NCBI GenBank assembly: GCA_964630975.1
Contig: CAZVVY010000002.1
Location: 44,633-108,632 of the forward strand
Direction: 5' to 3'
DNA length: 64,000 nucleotides
Source of the DNA: Candidatus Micrarchaeota archaeon
Lineage (GTDB): Archaea; Micrarchaeota; Micrarchaeia; Norongarragalinales; Norongarragalinaceae
The position numbers and the translations under genes were made by a program. Positions 29,416 through 36,599 of this stretch are shown piece after piece. Under the pieces are notes generated by a model. That model worked only from the letters and a program-made list of their open reading frames with translations, had not been told where the DNA came from and made no database searches. Position 1 is the first letter of the stretch. Each line of letters starts with the position of its first letter.

Positions 29416-29822
29416 GTTGGTTCGCTTACGCGCTTGCCGCAATGTTCTGCGTTTCAATTGCAAACGTGTTCCTCAAGATATTCGTGCGCGACTACGCCGC
29501 AACTGTTACGCCGCACGCGTTGGCGGGCACGGCCGCCCTAGTCGCGGTTGCGGCCGCCGTTGCATATTTCCTTTTTTTCAGGGAGGCGGGCCAAGGGTTT
29601 TTGTCCGTGCTGCTCGCACTCGCGTTTTTCTCGCTCGCGTCCTTCGCACTCGTGTTCCTCGCCCTACAAACCGGGCAAGTCGCATTGGTGATGGCGGTGC
29701 TTAGCTTGGGCACGGTGGTCCTCGCAATAATTTCGGTTCCCGTGTTCGGCGACTCGTTCTCGCCCAAACAAGCACTCGCAATAATTTTCGCTACTATAAG
29801 TGTTTTGTCGCTCATAATATGA
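29376..29822 (+). CDS. EamA/DMT-superfamily small membrane transporter
   Basis: Four to five predicted TM helices (WFAYALAAMFCVSIANVFLKIF...). The true start is probably downstream of 29376, since the ORF overlaps the preceding gene by 40 nt. Confidence 0.45.
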   Translation: MGKVLLGQGVEGVSWFAYALAAMFCVSIANVFLKIFVRDYAATVTPHALAGTAALVAVAAAVAYFLFFREAGQGFLSVLLALAFFSLASFALVFLALQTGQVALVMAVLSLGTVVLAIISVPVFGDSFSPKQALAIIFATISVLSLII

Positions 29823-29823
29823 C

Positions 29824-30237
29824 TTATTGCTTGAGCCACTCTTCCTCGGTCAGGAACCGGCTGTTGGTCTTGATTTTAGTGGCTTCAACCTTTTTTTCAG
29901 GGGTTTCCAGTATTTGGTCGGTCAGCCACGACTTTTCTATTCCCAAGTCCTTTACGAGTTTCGCGCAGTGGTCCCGCATAGTGCAAGAACCGCAAATCCT
30001 CCAATAAGCGCATTGGTACAGCCACTTGCGTTGCACTCGTTCAGTCATGTTCTTTGCGGGCTTCGAACGCTTCTGTTTTATTTTGGTTTTGGCGGCTTTA
30101 GGCTTTTTCTTCCTAGGCATTTTTTTGGGTGCCTTGCGCGAACCCTTCTTCAAGGGCTTTACGCCTTTTTTTACGGGTTTACGCTTCTTTCCAACTTTTT
30201 TTTTCACGGATTTCTTCTTGACAACCATTAGTTTCAA
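29824..30237 (-). CDS. Hypothetical protein: Lys-rich N-terminal tail plus a Cys/His cluster domain
   Basis: The first ~60 aa are very Lys/Pro-rich (KKKSVKKKVGKKRKPVKKGVKPLKK...), followed by QCAYWRICGSCTMRDHC. Confidence 0.4.
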   Translation of the reverse strand: MKLMVVKKKSVKKKVGKKRKPVKKGVKPLKKGSRKAPKKMPRKKKPKAAKTKIKQKRSKPAKNMTERVQRKWLYQCAYWRICGSCTMRDHCAKLVKDLGIEKSWLTDQILETPEKKVEATKIKTNSRFLTEEEWLKQ

Positions 30238-30274
30238 CTCATTCGTGCGTTATTATCAGTAACAAAAGCGCTTA

Positions 30275-31204
30275 TTAAAGGTTGTCATTAGATAGTAGTA
30301 ACTTTATCTCTTTTCCTGTTTTTTTGAGTGCTTCCGCTTCCGTTATTTTTTCTTTTGGAAACGAAACGCCTCCTACGAGTTCGTGTCCGCCGCCATCGCC
30401 GTTCAACGCTTCTCCCAGCTTTTCGCACAATTCGGCGGCTTTTCCGGGCGCGTCCGCACGCTTTGCAACAGACATCCTGCCCTTTCCCGTTACGGCGGCG
30501 TACGCGCAACCCGCTTTCACGAGTAGTGCGGCGCAATGCAGTTGGTGTTGGAACGTGGAGGACAAGGCGTACAAGTAGCCGTTGCATTCCTTGACTTTCG
30601 CTTTTTTGAGGCCTTGCAACAAATCTTTTTGCTCTTCGAGTGAAGGAGGCTTTTGGACTGCTTTCAGGCACTTGCGGTAGGAGGCTCCTTTTTCAAGCAA
30701 CTCGATTACGCGCTTGAATGTTTCGGGTCCCGAGGACTCGAACCGGTGCGTATCCGATATGATGCCGCACAACAAGAGTTCGGCTTCCCTGGGCCCCTGC
30801 TTGACGAGCTTGGTAACGATTTCGGCGGTGCTGCCCGCCTTGGCATCGATTATTCCGGCCACGGAATCCGGTTGGATGTGGTGGTCGACCGCGAGCACGC
30901 GGCCTTCGAAGCCGTTCAACAAGTAATTCGCTTTTTTTCCGAGCACTTCGTAGTTGGAGCAGTCAACTAGGACCACGTTGTCGACTCCTTCCAAGGACTT
31001 GAGTTTGGGCGGGCGCGCGACGTCGAGCTCTTCCAACACGCGTTTTGCTTGCGAGTCAAGTGAGTCGCTTAAGGCGGCTTCTCCGCCGTAGTGGCGCGCC
31101 AAAACGATTGCGGAAGCGACCGCATCCACGTCGGCCAGCGAGTGCATGAGGAAAACAGTTTTGCCTTTCAGCCGCGGAAAACGCATAAAACGGTTATACG
31201 GCAA
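30275..31204 (-). CDS. DHH/DHHA1 family phosphoesterase (NrnA/RecJ-like)
   Basis: HSLADVDAVAS (motif I), LVDCS, AVDHHIQ (DHH) and GDGGGHELVGG (DHHA1 GGGH). Confidence 0.7.
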   Translation of the reverse strand: MPYNRFMRFPRLKGKTVFLMHSLADVDAVASAIVLARHYGGEAALSDSLDSQAKRVLEELDVARPPKLKSLEGVDNVVLVDCSNYEVLGKKANYLLNGFEGRVLAVDHHIQPDSVAGIIDAKAGSTAEIVTKLVKQGPREAELLLCGIISDTHRFESSGPETFKRVIELLEKGASYRKCLKAVQKPPSLEEQKDLLQGLKKAKVKECNGYLYALSSTFQHQLHCAALLVKAGCAYAAVTGKGRMSVAKRADAPGKAAELCEKLGEALNGDGGGHELVGGVSFPKEKITEAEALKKTGKEIKLLLSNDNL

Positions 31205-31232
31205 CGATTAAAATTGGTTTTCAGGACGGGTA

Positions 31233-31487
31233 TTATAATGTCTTGTAGACGCGGTCTCCCTGTCGGCACTCGCCGGAAACCTTCATTCCCACGCTTTGCC
31301 CGGCCCCCGCGCTTTCAACAGAGTCGTGCTCGATTTGCATTGATTCGACGACTTGCTCGAACGGCTCGCTTGCCTCAACGAATATTCGGTCGCCTTTCTT
31401 CAACGGCGCCGACAACTCGATTGCGGCAACGCCTATCTTCGAAAAATAGTTGAAAACCCTTCCAATCTCTTGTTTTTCGGTCATCAC
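31233..31487 (-). CDS. Small beta-barrel protein (EF-Tu domain-2-like)
   Basis: 84 aa: IGRVFNYFSKIGVAAIEL...KKGDRI...GQSVGMKV...GDRVY, the pattern of translation-factor domain II. Overlaps the pfdB stop by 4 nt. Confidence 0.4.
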   Translation of the reverse strand: MMTEKQEIGRVFNYFSKIGVAAIELSAPLKKGDRIFVEASEPFEQVVESMQIEHDSVESAGAGQSVGMKVSGECRQGDRVYKTL

Positions 31488-31852
31488 TCACTCACTTGCG
31501 CGCCCTCGCCTTCCTGCTTGGGCATCGATTTCTCCAACTCGCCCCTCAACTCGGCGCTCTTCTTCTGCAGTTTCTCGGTTTGGCTGTTGAACAAGGTTAT
31601 CCTGGAATCCAATTCCTCTTTTTCCTTCTTCAACTCTGCTTCCAACTCTTCCTTTGTGCGCGGCACGATTATGCCCCCCACGTACTTGTAGAACTTGTCG
31701 CCGCCCTTGCCCACTTCTTCGAGCGCCTTATCCAACTCCATTTTGCGGCCCTGTAAGGACTGCAACTGGTAGGTTATAAACTGGAGTTGTTGTTGTGCCT
31801 GCTGGAACTCGGCCAGTGCCTTGCGCGTTTCTTCATTCAATTCCTTTGCCAT
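31484..31852 (-). CDS. pfdB: Prefoldin beta subunit
   Basis: 122 aa coiled coil - beta hairpin (YKYVGGIIVPRTKEE) - coiled coil architecture. Confidence 0.8.
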   Translation of the reverse strand: MAKELNEETRKALAEFQQAQQQLQFITYQLQSLQGRKMELDKALEEVGKGGDKFYKYVGGIIVPRTKEELEAELKKEKEELDSRITLFNSQTEKLQKKSAELRGELEKSMPKQEGEGAQVSE

Positions 31853-32276
31853 CGTAAACCACCTTTGCCTTGAATTCGGGGCCGACTCGCTCGCCCCCGC
31901 ACTCGATGAATAACTTGTCTTTTTCCACCGTTATTACGTTTTCCCCGGCTTCGCTTTCACCGAACAATTTTTTCGCCCATTCAGGCCCCTTCACGGCGAA
32001 GCCCTTGCCGGCTTTTCCGCCGTGTTCCTTCAACCCCCTTAATTCAATTAACGGCTCCAACCAGCCGCCCTCGTAAAACGAGAGAACCGAAGGGTTGCCT
32101 TTCATCTCGTAAACGAGTAAGAGCCGCGAATAGCCGGCGGCACCCGCGCGCGCCGCCACTTCCGCCAGGCTGCGCTTGCCGCGGTTCTCGTACTTGCCGG
32201 TGACTCGGCCCAGAAAGCGGGCGACTCGGCGCGTCAGCTGAGACGGCTTTCGGGAAGTCGTAACGAATACGCTCAT
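31833..32276 (-). CDS. Brix/Imp4-domain ribosome-biogenesis protein
   Basis: MSVFVTTSRKPSQLTRRVARFLG...ENRGKRSL. I start at the ATG at 32276. The ORF-track extension to 32369 has no support and approaches the tRNA. Confidence 0.65.
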   Translation of the reverse strand: MSVFVTTSRKPSQLTRRVARFLGRVTGKYENRGKRSLAEVAARAGAAGYSRLLLVYEMKGNPSVLSFYEGGWLEPLIELRGLKEHGGKAGKGFAVKGPEWAKKLFGESEAGENVITVEKDKLFIECGGERVGPEFKAKVVYDGKGIE

Positions 32277-32393
32277 ACCAACATTACTCCTTAAACGAAT
32301 TAAAAACGCCGGGGCTGAGGAACCAAGTTGACTCCTCAACTCCGCTCGGTGCTTCGTCCTCGTCGTCAACTTCCGTTCACGGGTTTCTTTTAG

Positions 32394-32575
32394 CGCCGGG
32401 ACTGAGATTCGAACTCAGGCGGCCTTTCGACCACTGGTTTTCCAAAAACCCGCTTGCCCGCTTTGACTCCGCTTGATGCTTCGTCTTCAGCGGCCAACCC
32501 CGTTTACGGAACGAACGGTTCGCTTCGTTCGCGGGTTGTTCAAGACCAGCGCAATAACCACTCTGCCATCCCGGC
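32394..32575 (-). tRNA. tRNA-Ser(UGA) with a 99-nt intron at the canonical 37/38 position
   Basis: Hand fold. 5' exon: GCCGGGA-UG-GCA-GAGUGGUUAU-UGC-G-CUGGU-CU-UGA-A. The 3' exon AACCAG closes the anticodon stem, followed by the long variable arm UGGUCGAAAGGCCGC, T arm CUGAG-UUCGAAU-CUCAG, acceptor UCCCGGC and discriminator G. Intron is 32440-32538. No encoded CCA. Confidence 0.85.
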
Positions 32576-32757
32576 TTCCAATTATCTTTTTGACCTTTCT
32601 TTTTAATGAACGTTTTTCTTCGGGGAAGAAAAAAGTTCGCGCCAATAACCACTCTGCCATCCCGGCTTCCAATTATCTTTTTGACCTTTCTTTTTAATGA
32701 ACGTTTTTCTTCGGGGAAGAAAAAAGTTCGCGCCAATAACCACTCTGCCATCCCGGC
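32576..32757 (-). repeat. Two perfect 91-nt tandem units upstream of tRNA-Ser, each a 63-nt spacer plus a 28-nt copy of the tRNA 5' end
   Basis: The spacers at 32576-32638 and 32667-32729 are identical. The fragments at 32639-32666 and 32730-32757 (GCCGGGATGGCAGAGTGGTTATTGGCGC in RNA sense) match tRNA positions 1 to ~27 with one extra G. Confidence 0.95.
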
Positions 32758-32796
32758 AACAACGAATTAATATGTTCCCCGCGTCGTTTAATTGTT

Positions 32797-32886
32797 ATGC
32801 CTAAGAAGACGAAGTATGACGGCCTCGTTTACAACGTTACCACGGAGTCCGGTAATTTGTTTGCCAACGGCGTGCTCGTCCACAAC
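32797..32886 (+). other. Split-intein C-fragment (IntC, 30 aa)
   Basis: Hint blocks F/G: LVYNVTTE...[10 protein letters not shown], followed by the +1 Ser of the extein. Confidence 0.8.
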
Positions 32887-34143
32887 TCGGGCGGCCTCGG
32901 CACTCCGCCGCACTTGCGCGTTGAGCCGGGCGCGATTCACCGCGCACACAAAGGAGTACTGTTCATCGACGAAATCGCTTCGCTGTCGCCCAAATCACAG
33001 CAGGAATTGTTGACTGCAATGCAGGAAAAAAAGTATTCGATTACCGGGCAAAGCGAGATGAGTTCGGGCGCGCTAGTGCACACCGCGCCCGCGCCCTGCG
33101 ACTTCGTTCTCGTGGCTGCGGGAAACTACAAGGAGTTGCGCAGAATGCATCCGGCCCTGCGCAGCCGAATCCGCGGCTACGGCTACGAAGTGTACATGGA
33201 GGACTCGATGCCGGACACCGCCGAGAACAGGTGGCGTATAGTCGAATTCATCGCCCAGGAAGTGGAAAAGGATGGTAAAATACCGCACTTCAACCGCGCC
33301 GCAGTCGAATTAATCGTTAACGAGGCGCGCAAGCGCGCGGGCCGAAGAAACAAGTTGACCCTCAAATTGCGTGAGTTGGGAGGCCTCGTGCGCGCCGCGG
33401 GAGACGTTGCGCGCACACGCAAGCACAAGCTCGTCACCGAAAAAGACGTGAAGGAAGCGTTGAGTATCGCGACCACTCTCGAACAACAAATTTCGCGGCA
33501 AGTCGTTGACGCGCGCAAGGACTACCACGTGTTCCTGACCGAAGGCGCGCAAGTGGGCAAAGTCAACGGTCTCGCCGTAATGGGTGATTCCGGAATAATA
33601 ATGCCCATAGTGGCAGAGGCGGCGCCGTCCGCGTCCCGCGAGGAAGGCCGCGTAATCGCGACCGGTAAGCTCGGCGAAATCGCGCGCGAAGCCGTTGAAA
33701 ACGTGAGCGCGGTGTTGAAGAAATACCTCGGCGAAAACGTGCGCGCTTACGACTTGCACATTCAATTCCTGCAGACCTATGAAGGGGTGGAAGGGGATAG
33801 TGCCAGCATCTCGATTGCAGCCGCCGTGATTTCAGCGTTGCATGAGGTGGCAATCCGCCAGGACGTTGCAATGACGGGGTCGTTGAGCGTTCGCGGCGAA
33901 GTCCTGCCCGTTGGCGGGGTTACCGCGAAAATTGAAAGCGCTTTGGACGCGGGTTTGAAGACCGTTTTGATTCCGAAAGCGAATTACGAGGACTTGGGAA
34001 CGCTCGACAAAAAAGCGAAAAAACGCGTAATACCCGTTTCCAACATAATAGAGGTTTTAGAGGAGTCTTTGAAGCCCGGAAAAAAGAAGTCGGCGCTCAT
34101 CCGCAAAATGAAGAAGTCCTTCAAGGAAAACGGCTGGAAGTGA
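32797..34143 (+). CDS. lonB: LonB protease C-terminal half preceded by a 30-aa C-intein (split gene)
   Basis: [30 protein letters not shown] | [30 protein letters not shown] (Walker B)...[11 protein letters not shown]...[16 protein letters not shown] (catalytic Ser)...[10 protein letters not shown] (catalytic Lys). The Walker A and TM regions are missing here and are found at 55779-56780. Confidence 0.9.
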   Translation: MPKKTKYDGLVYNVTTESGNLFANGVLVHNSGGLGTPPHLRVEPGAIHRAHKGVLFIDEIASLSPKSQQELLTAMQEKKYSITGQSEMSSGALVHTAPAPCDFVLVAAGNYKELRRMHPALRSRIRGYGYEVYMEDSMPDTAENRWRIVEFIAQEVEKDGKIPHFNRAAVELIVNEARKRAGRRNKLTLKLRELGGLVRAAGDVARTRKHKLVTEKDVKEALSIATTLEQQISRQVVDARKDYHVFLTEGAQVGKVNGLAVMGDSGIIMPIVAEAAPSASREEGRVIATGKLGEIAREAVENVSAVLKKYLGENVRAYDLHIQFLQTYEGVEGDSASISIAAAVISALHEVAIRQDVAMTGSLSVRGEVLPVGGVTAKIESALDAGLKTVLIPKANYEDLGTLDKKAKKRVIPVSNIIEVLEESLKPGKKKSALIRKMKKSFKENGWK

Positions 34144-34827
34144 ATGGTTGCCGACGCCAAAACGATCTTTTCCTCTTTGTCCGAAGCCTTCGGGTCTTGC
34201 GGTTGGTGGCCCGTCAACGCGTCTTATGCTTCGCGCCCCCGTTTCCCCGAAAAAAACGCGGAAATCTTCGAAGTGATTGCCGGCGCAATACTGACACAGA
34301 ACACTTCATGGAAAAACGTTGAAAAAGCGTTGGCCAACCTTCGGGCCGCGAACCGTTTATCCGCCCGGGCAATCGCTTCTTGCCCTTTACCTGAATTGCG
34401 GGGGTTGTTGAAGCCGTCCGGCTACTATAACCAAAAAGCAGTTTACTTGAAGGGCGTGGCACGCCGCTTGAATGGCCGCGACCTCAAAAAATTTTTTTCG
34501 CGGCCCTTATCCAAACTAGGAAAAGAATTGATTTCGTGGAAGGGAGTCGGCCCTGAAACGAGGGACTCGATTTTGTTGTACGCCGCCGGAAAACCGGTGT
34601 TCGTGGTCGACGCGTTCACCCAGCGATTGGCGCGCCGTTACCCGTTGCCCGGCGAGTCGTACGCGCAATTGCAGGAGTTCTTCGAGTCATCCCTGCCGGC
34701 CGACGCGGAATTGTTTAACGAGTTTCACGCTTTGATAGTGGAACTCGCGAAGAGGCATTGCTTCAAGAAAAACCCGGATTGCGCGAACTGCCCGCTCAAA
34801 CACTCCTGCAAGAAAATCATTTCTTGA
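34144..34827 (+). CDS. HhH-GPD DNA glycosylase, endonuclease III-related, with a C-terminal Fe-S Cys cluster
   Basis: VIAGAILTQNTSWKNVEKAL, GVGPETRDSILLY (HhH), D in VVDAF, and CFKKNPDCANCPLKHSC. Confidence 0.7.
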   Translation: MVADAKTIFSSLSEAFGSCGWWPVNASYASRPRFPEKNAEIFEVIAGAILTQNTSWKNVEKALANLRAANRLSARAIASCPLPELRGLLKPSGYYNQKAVYLKGVARRLNGRDLKKFFSRPLSKLGKELISWKGVGPETRDSILLYAAGKPVFVVDAFTQRLARRYPLPGESYAQLQEFFESSLPADAELFNEFHALIVELAKRHCFKKNPDCANCPLKHSCKKIIS

Positions 34828-34969
34828 AGGAGTAAGCCACACAGGCAACGCCGAGAACAATCAATAAGTAGGGCCAGAACTCTTGTTCGGGCCACCAACC
34901 GAGTTTTTCGCCGAGCCAGAGCGCGCCGGCCGCGAAAAGCGACGCGCCGTAAACCCTTGAGTTGTTCAT
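34817..34969 (-). CDS. Small membrane protein (paralog of the upstream gene)
   Basis: 50 aa from the ATG at 34969 (MNNSRVYGASLFAAGALWLGEKLGWWPEQEFWPYLLIVLGVA...). Shares the G-WW...WP..L...G pattern with 34969-35259. The start overlaps the upstream stop. Confidence 0.4.
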   Translation of the reverse strand: MNNSRVYGASLFAAGALWLGEKLGWWPEQEFWPYLLIVLGVACVAYSFKK

Positions 34970-35259
34970 CAACGCTTCAACACGCTGGTTACCGCTATTA
35001 TGATTCCGACGGCCATTAGGATGGTAGGCCAAATCGGGAGGTCATAAGCCCACCAGCCCACTTCGTTTCCGAAGAAGAACAAGCCGAGCGCTATTAGTAT
35101 GAGACCTACTGCAATTGAGCCCGCGCCGTCTTCGTGGCAGCACTCGCCTTCTTCGGCGAGCTTCTCCATTTTCCTGCCGAAGCGTTCGGCTTCGCGCTCC
35201 ATCTCCTTTTCAACGTTCCTTTTTTTCTTAACCGTTTTTTTTCGAGCCAATTCAAGCAC
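34969..35259 (-). CDS. Small membrane protein with a charged N-terminal region
   Basis: 96 aa: a Lys/Glu-rich N-terminus, then two TM segments (IAVGLILIALGLFFFGNEVGWWAYDLPIWPTILMAVGIIIAV). Confidence 0.4.
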   Translation of the reverse strand: MLELARKKTVKKKRNVEKEMEREAERFGRKMEKLAEEGECCHEDGAGSIAVGLILIALGLFFFGNEVGWWAYDLPIWPTILMAVGIIIAVTSVLKR

Positions 35260-35325
35260 CTCTGGAATAAACTATTTTTTTCGGCGAATAAAAGGGGTTT
35301 TGATTGAATGAAAAAGAAGAATTAG

Positions 35326-35398
35326 CGCCTCGGCCGGGACTTGAACCCGGGTCGCCAGATTGACAGCCTGGAATGCTAGACCACTACACTACCGAGGC
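35326..35398 (-). tRNA. tRNA-Asp(GUC)
   Basis: Hand fold: GCCUCGG-UA-GUGU-AGUGGUCUA-GCAU-U-CCAGG-CUGUCAA-UCUGG-CGAC-CCGGG-UUCAAGU-CCCGG-CCGAGGC-G. 73 nt, no intron, no CCA. Confidence 0.9.
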
Positions 35399-35433
35399 AA
35401 ATGCTTAGTTTTGTGGGTGCAACGCTTATTTAA

Positions 35434-36411
35434 TTGTTCAGGAAAGCCGTTTTATTTCGTTTCTTCATTCTTTTTCTAATGGATTTCTTTTTGCCCCTCG
35501 CGATTCTATTGGCTTCGTTGGCGGCGCTCTACAAGTCGTCCGAGTTGGTCATAGAGTACGCTTCGGATTTGGCGCGCGCGTTCAGGATAGGGGACGCGGC
35601 AATAGGATTTTTTTTCTTGTCCATCGTTACTTCGCTTCCCGAGTTGTCGGTTTCTATTTTGTCGGCGTTGTCGGGCAACGTCGGCATTGCGGTGGGCAAC
35701 GTTTTCGGCTCGAACGTGGCCGACATAACTTTGGTTTTGGGAACTGCCGCGGTTTTTTCCAAGCTTGCCGTGAGCAAGCAGGTTTTGCGCGAAATAGTTT
35801 TCCTTTTGTTGGGTGTCAACCTCGTCACGCTCTTGTTGTTGACTTATGACACGGGGTCTCTCACCGGTTTTGCGTTGCTTGCGTTATTCGTTTATTATTC
35901 TTACAGGGTTTTCAACAACCCTTCGGCGGAAATCGCTTTGAGTGGCGGCGAGCGAGTGAACGTCCATACGAGTTCCGCCTTGTTTTTGGCTTCGTTCGCG
36001 GTAGTCGTATTTTCGTCGAATCTCGCGGTTGAAAACGCGGTTTTGTTGTCGGACTTGTTCGGCTTTTCGAAGACGTTAATCGGCGCAACCCTGATTGCGG
36101 CGGGCACTTCCCTGCCCGAAGTTTCGGTTACCTTGGCGGCGATAAGTAAGAGGAGGGCGAGTATGGCGGCCGGAAACGTGGTGGGCAGTTGCGTGGTCAA
36201 CTTGACTCTCGTGTTGGGTTCGGCGTTGGCTTTGGGTAACGCCATCGCCGTAAACAATTTCTTGAACCTAGTCGTTTTCTCGCTTGTCGCCAACACGGTT
36301 CTCGTTTACTTTTTGTTGTACAAGGAAAAGTTGGAGAGGCGCGAAGGCCTTATTTTGTTGGGGGGTTACGCGTTGTTCGTGCTTGCCTTGTTGGCGGGCC
36401 AAGCCTTTTGA
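35434..36411 (+). CDS. Ca2+/cation antiporter (CaCA family, YrbG-like)
   Basis: Two alpha-repeats, GNVFGSNVADITLVLG and GNVVGSCVVNLTLVLG, in a ~10-TM protein. Confidence 0.75.
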   Translation: MFRKAVLFRFFILFLMDFFLPLAILLASLAALYKSSELVIEYASDLARAFRIGDAAIGFFFLSIVTSLPELSVSILSALSGNVGIAVGNVFGSNVADITLVLGTAAVFSKLAVSKQVLREIVFLLLGVNLVTLLLLTYDTGSLTGFALLALFVYYSYRVFNNPSAEIALSGGERVNVHTSSALFLASFAVVVFSSNLAVENAVLLSDLFGFSKTLIGATLIAAGTSLPEVSVTLAAISKRRASMAAGNVVGSCVVNLTLVLGSALALGNAIAVNNFLNLVVFSLVANTVLVYFLLYKEKLERREGLILLGGYALFVLALLAGQAF

Positions 36412-36422
36412 GTAAGCGTGAG

Positions 36423-36557
36423 TCCCGCAGGCCAGATTTCCAAAACGCCTTTTTCTTTTGAAAAGAAAAAGTTTTTTTTTTGAACTGGCAACCCCCTGAT
36501 ATCCACTTGGATTTTCTAACTACAGTCAGGTGCTCTGCCAAATTGAGCTACTGCGGG
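36423..36557 (-). tRNA. tRNA-Tyr(GUA) with two introns: 19 nt at 37/38 and 42 nt inside the T-loop
   Basis: Hand fold: CCCGCAG-UA-GCUC-AAUUUGGCA-GAGC-A-CCUGA-CUGUAG[19-nt intron 36501-36519]A-UCAGG-GGGUU-GCCAG-UUCAAA[42-nt insert 36437-36478]U-CUGGC-CUGCGGG-A. The C1-G72 pair is typical of archaeal tRNA-Tyr. The mature length would be 74 nt. Confidence 0.8.
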
Positions 36558-36599
36558 TCAGCAACTCTTATTAAGTGAATTGCTTTTTTAATAAACGTT

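Noticed and set aside
32639-32666. Whether the truncated tRNA-Ser copies are independent tRNA genes.
   Set aside because: Each copy covers only the acceptor 5' strand and D-arm. The following 63 nt cannot form an anticodon arm or T-arm, and there is no GTTCRANYC flanked by a stem.
32377-32751. ORFs of 124, 74 and 61 aa containing the duplicated peptide [35 protein letters not shown].
   Set aside because: They are read-through translations of the tRNA-Ser gene and its 91-nt tandem units. The duplication is at the DNA level and has no coding signal.
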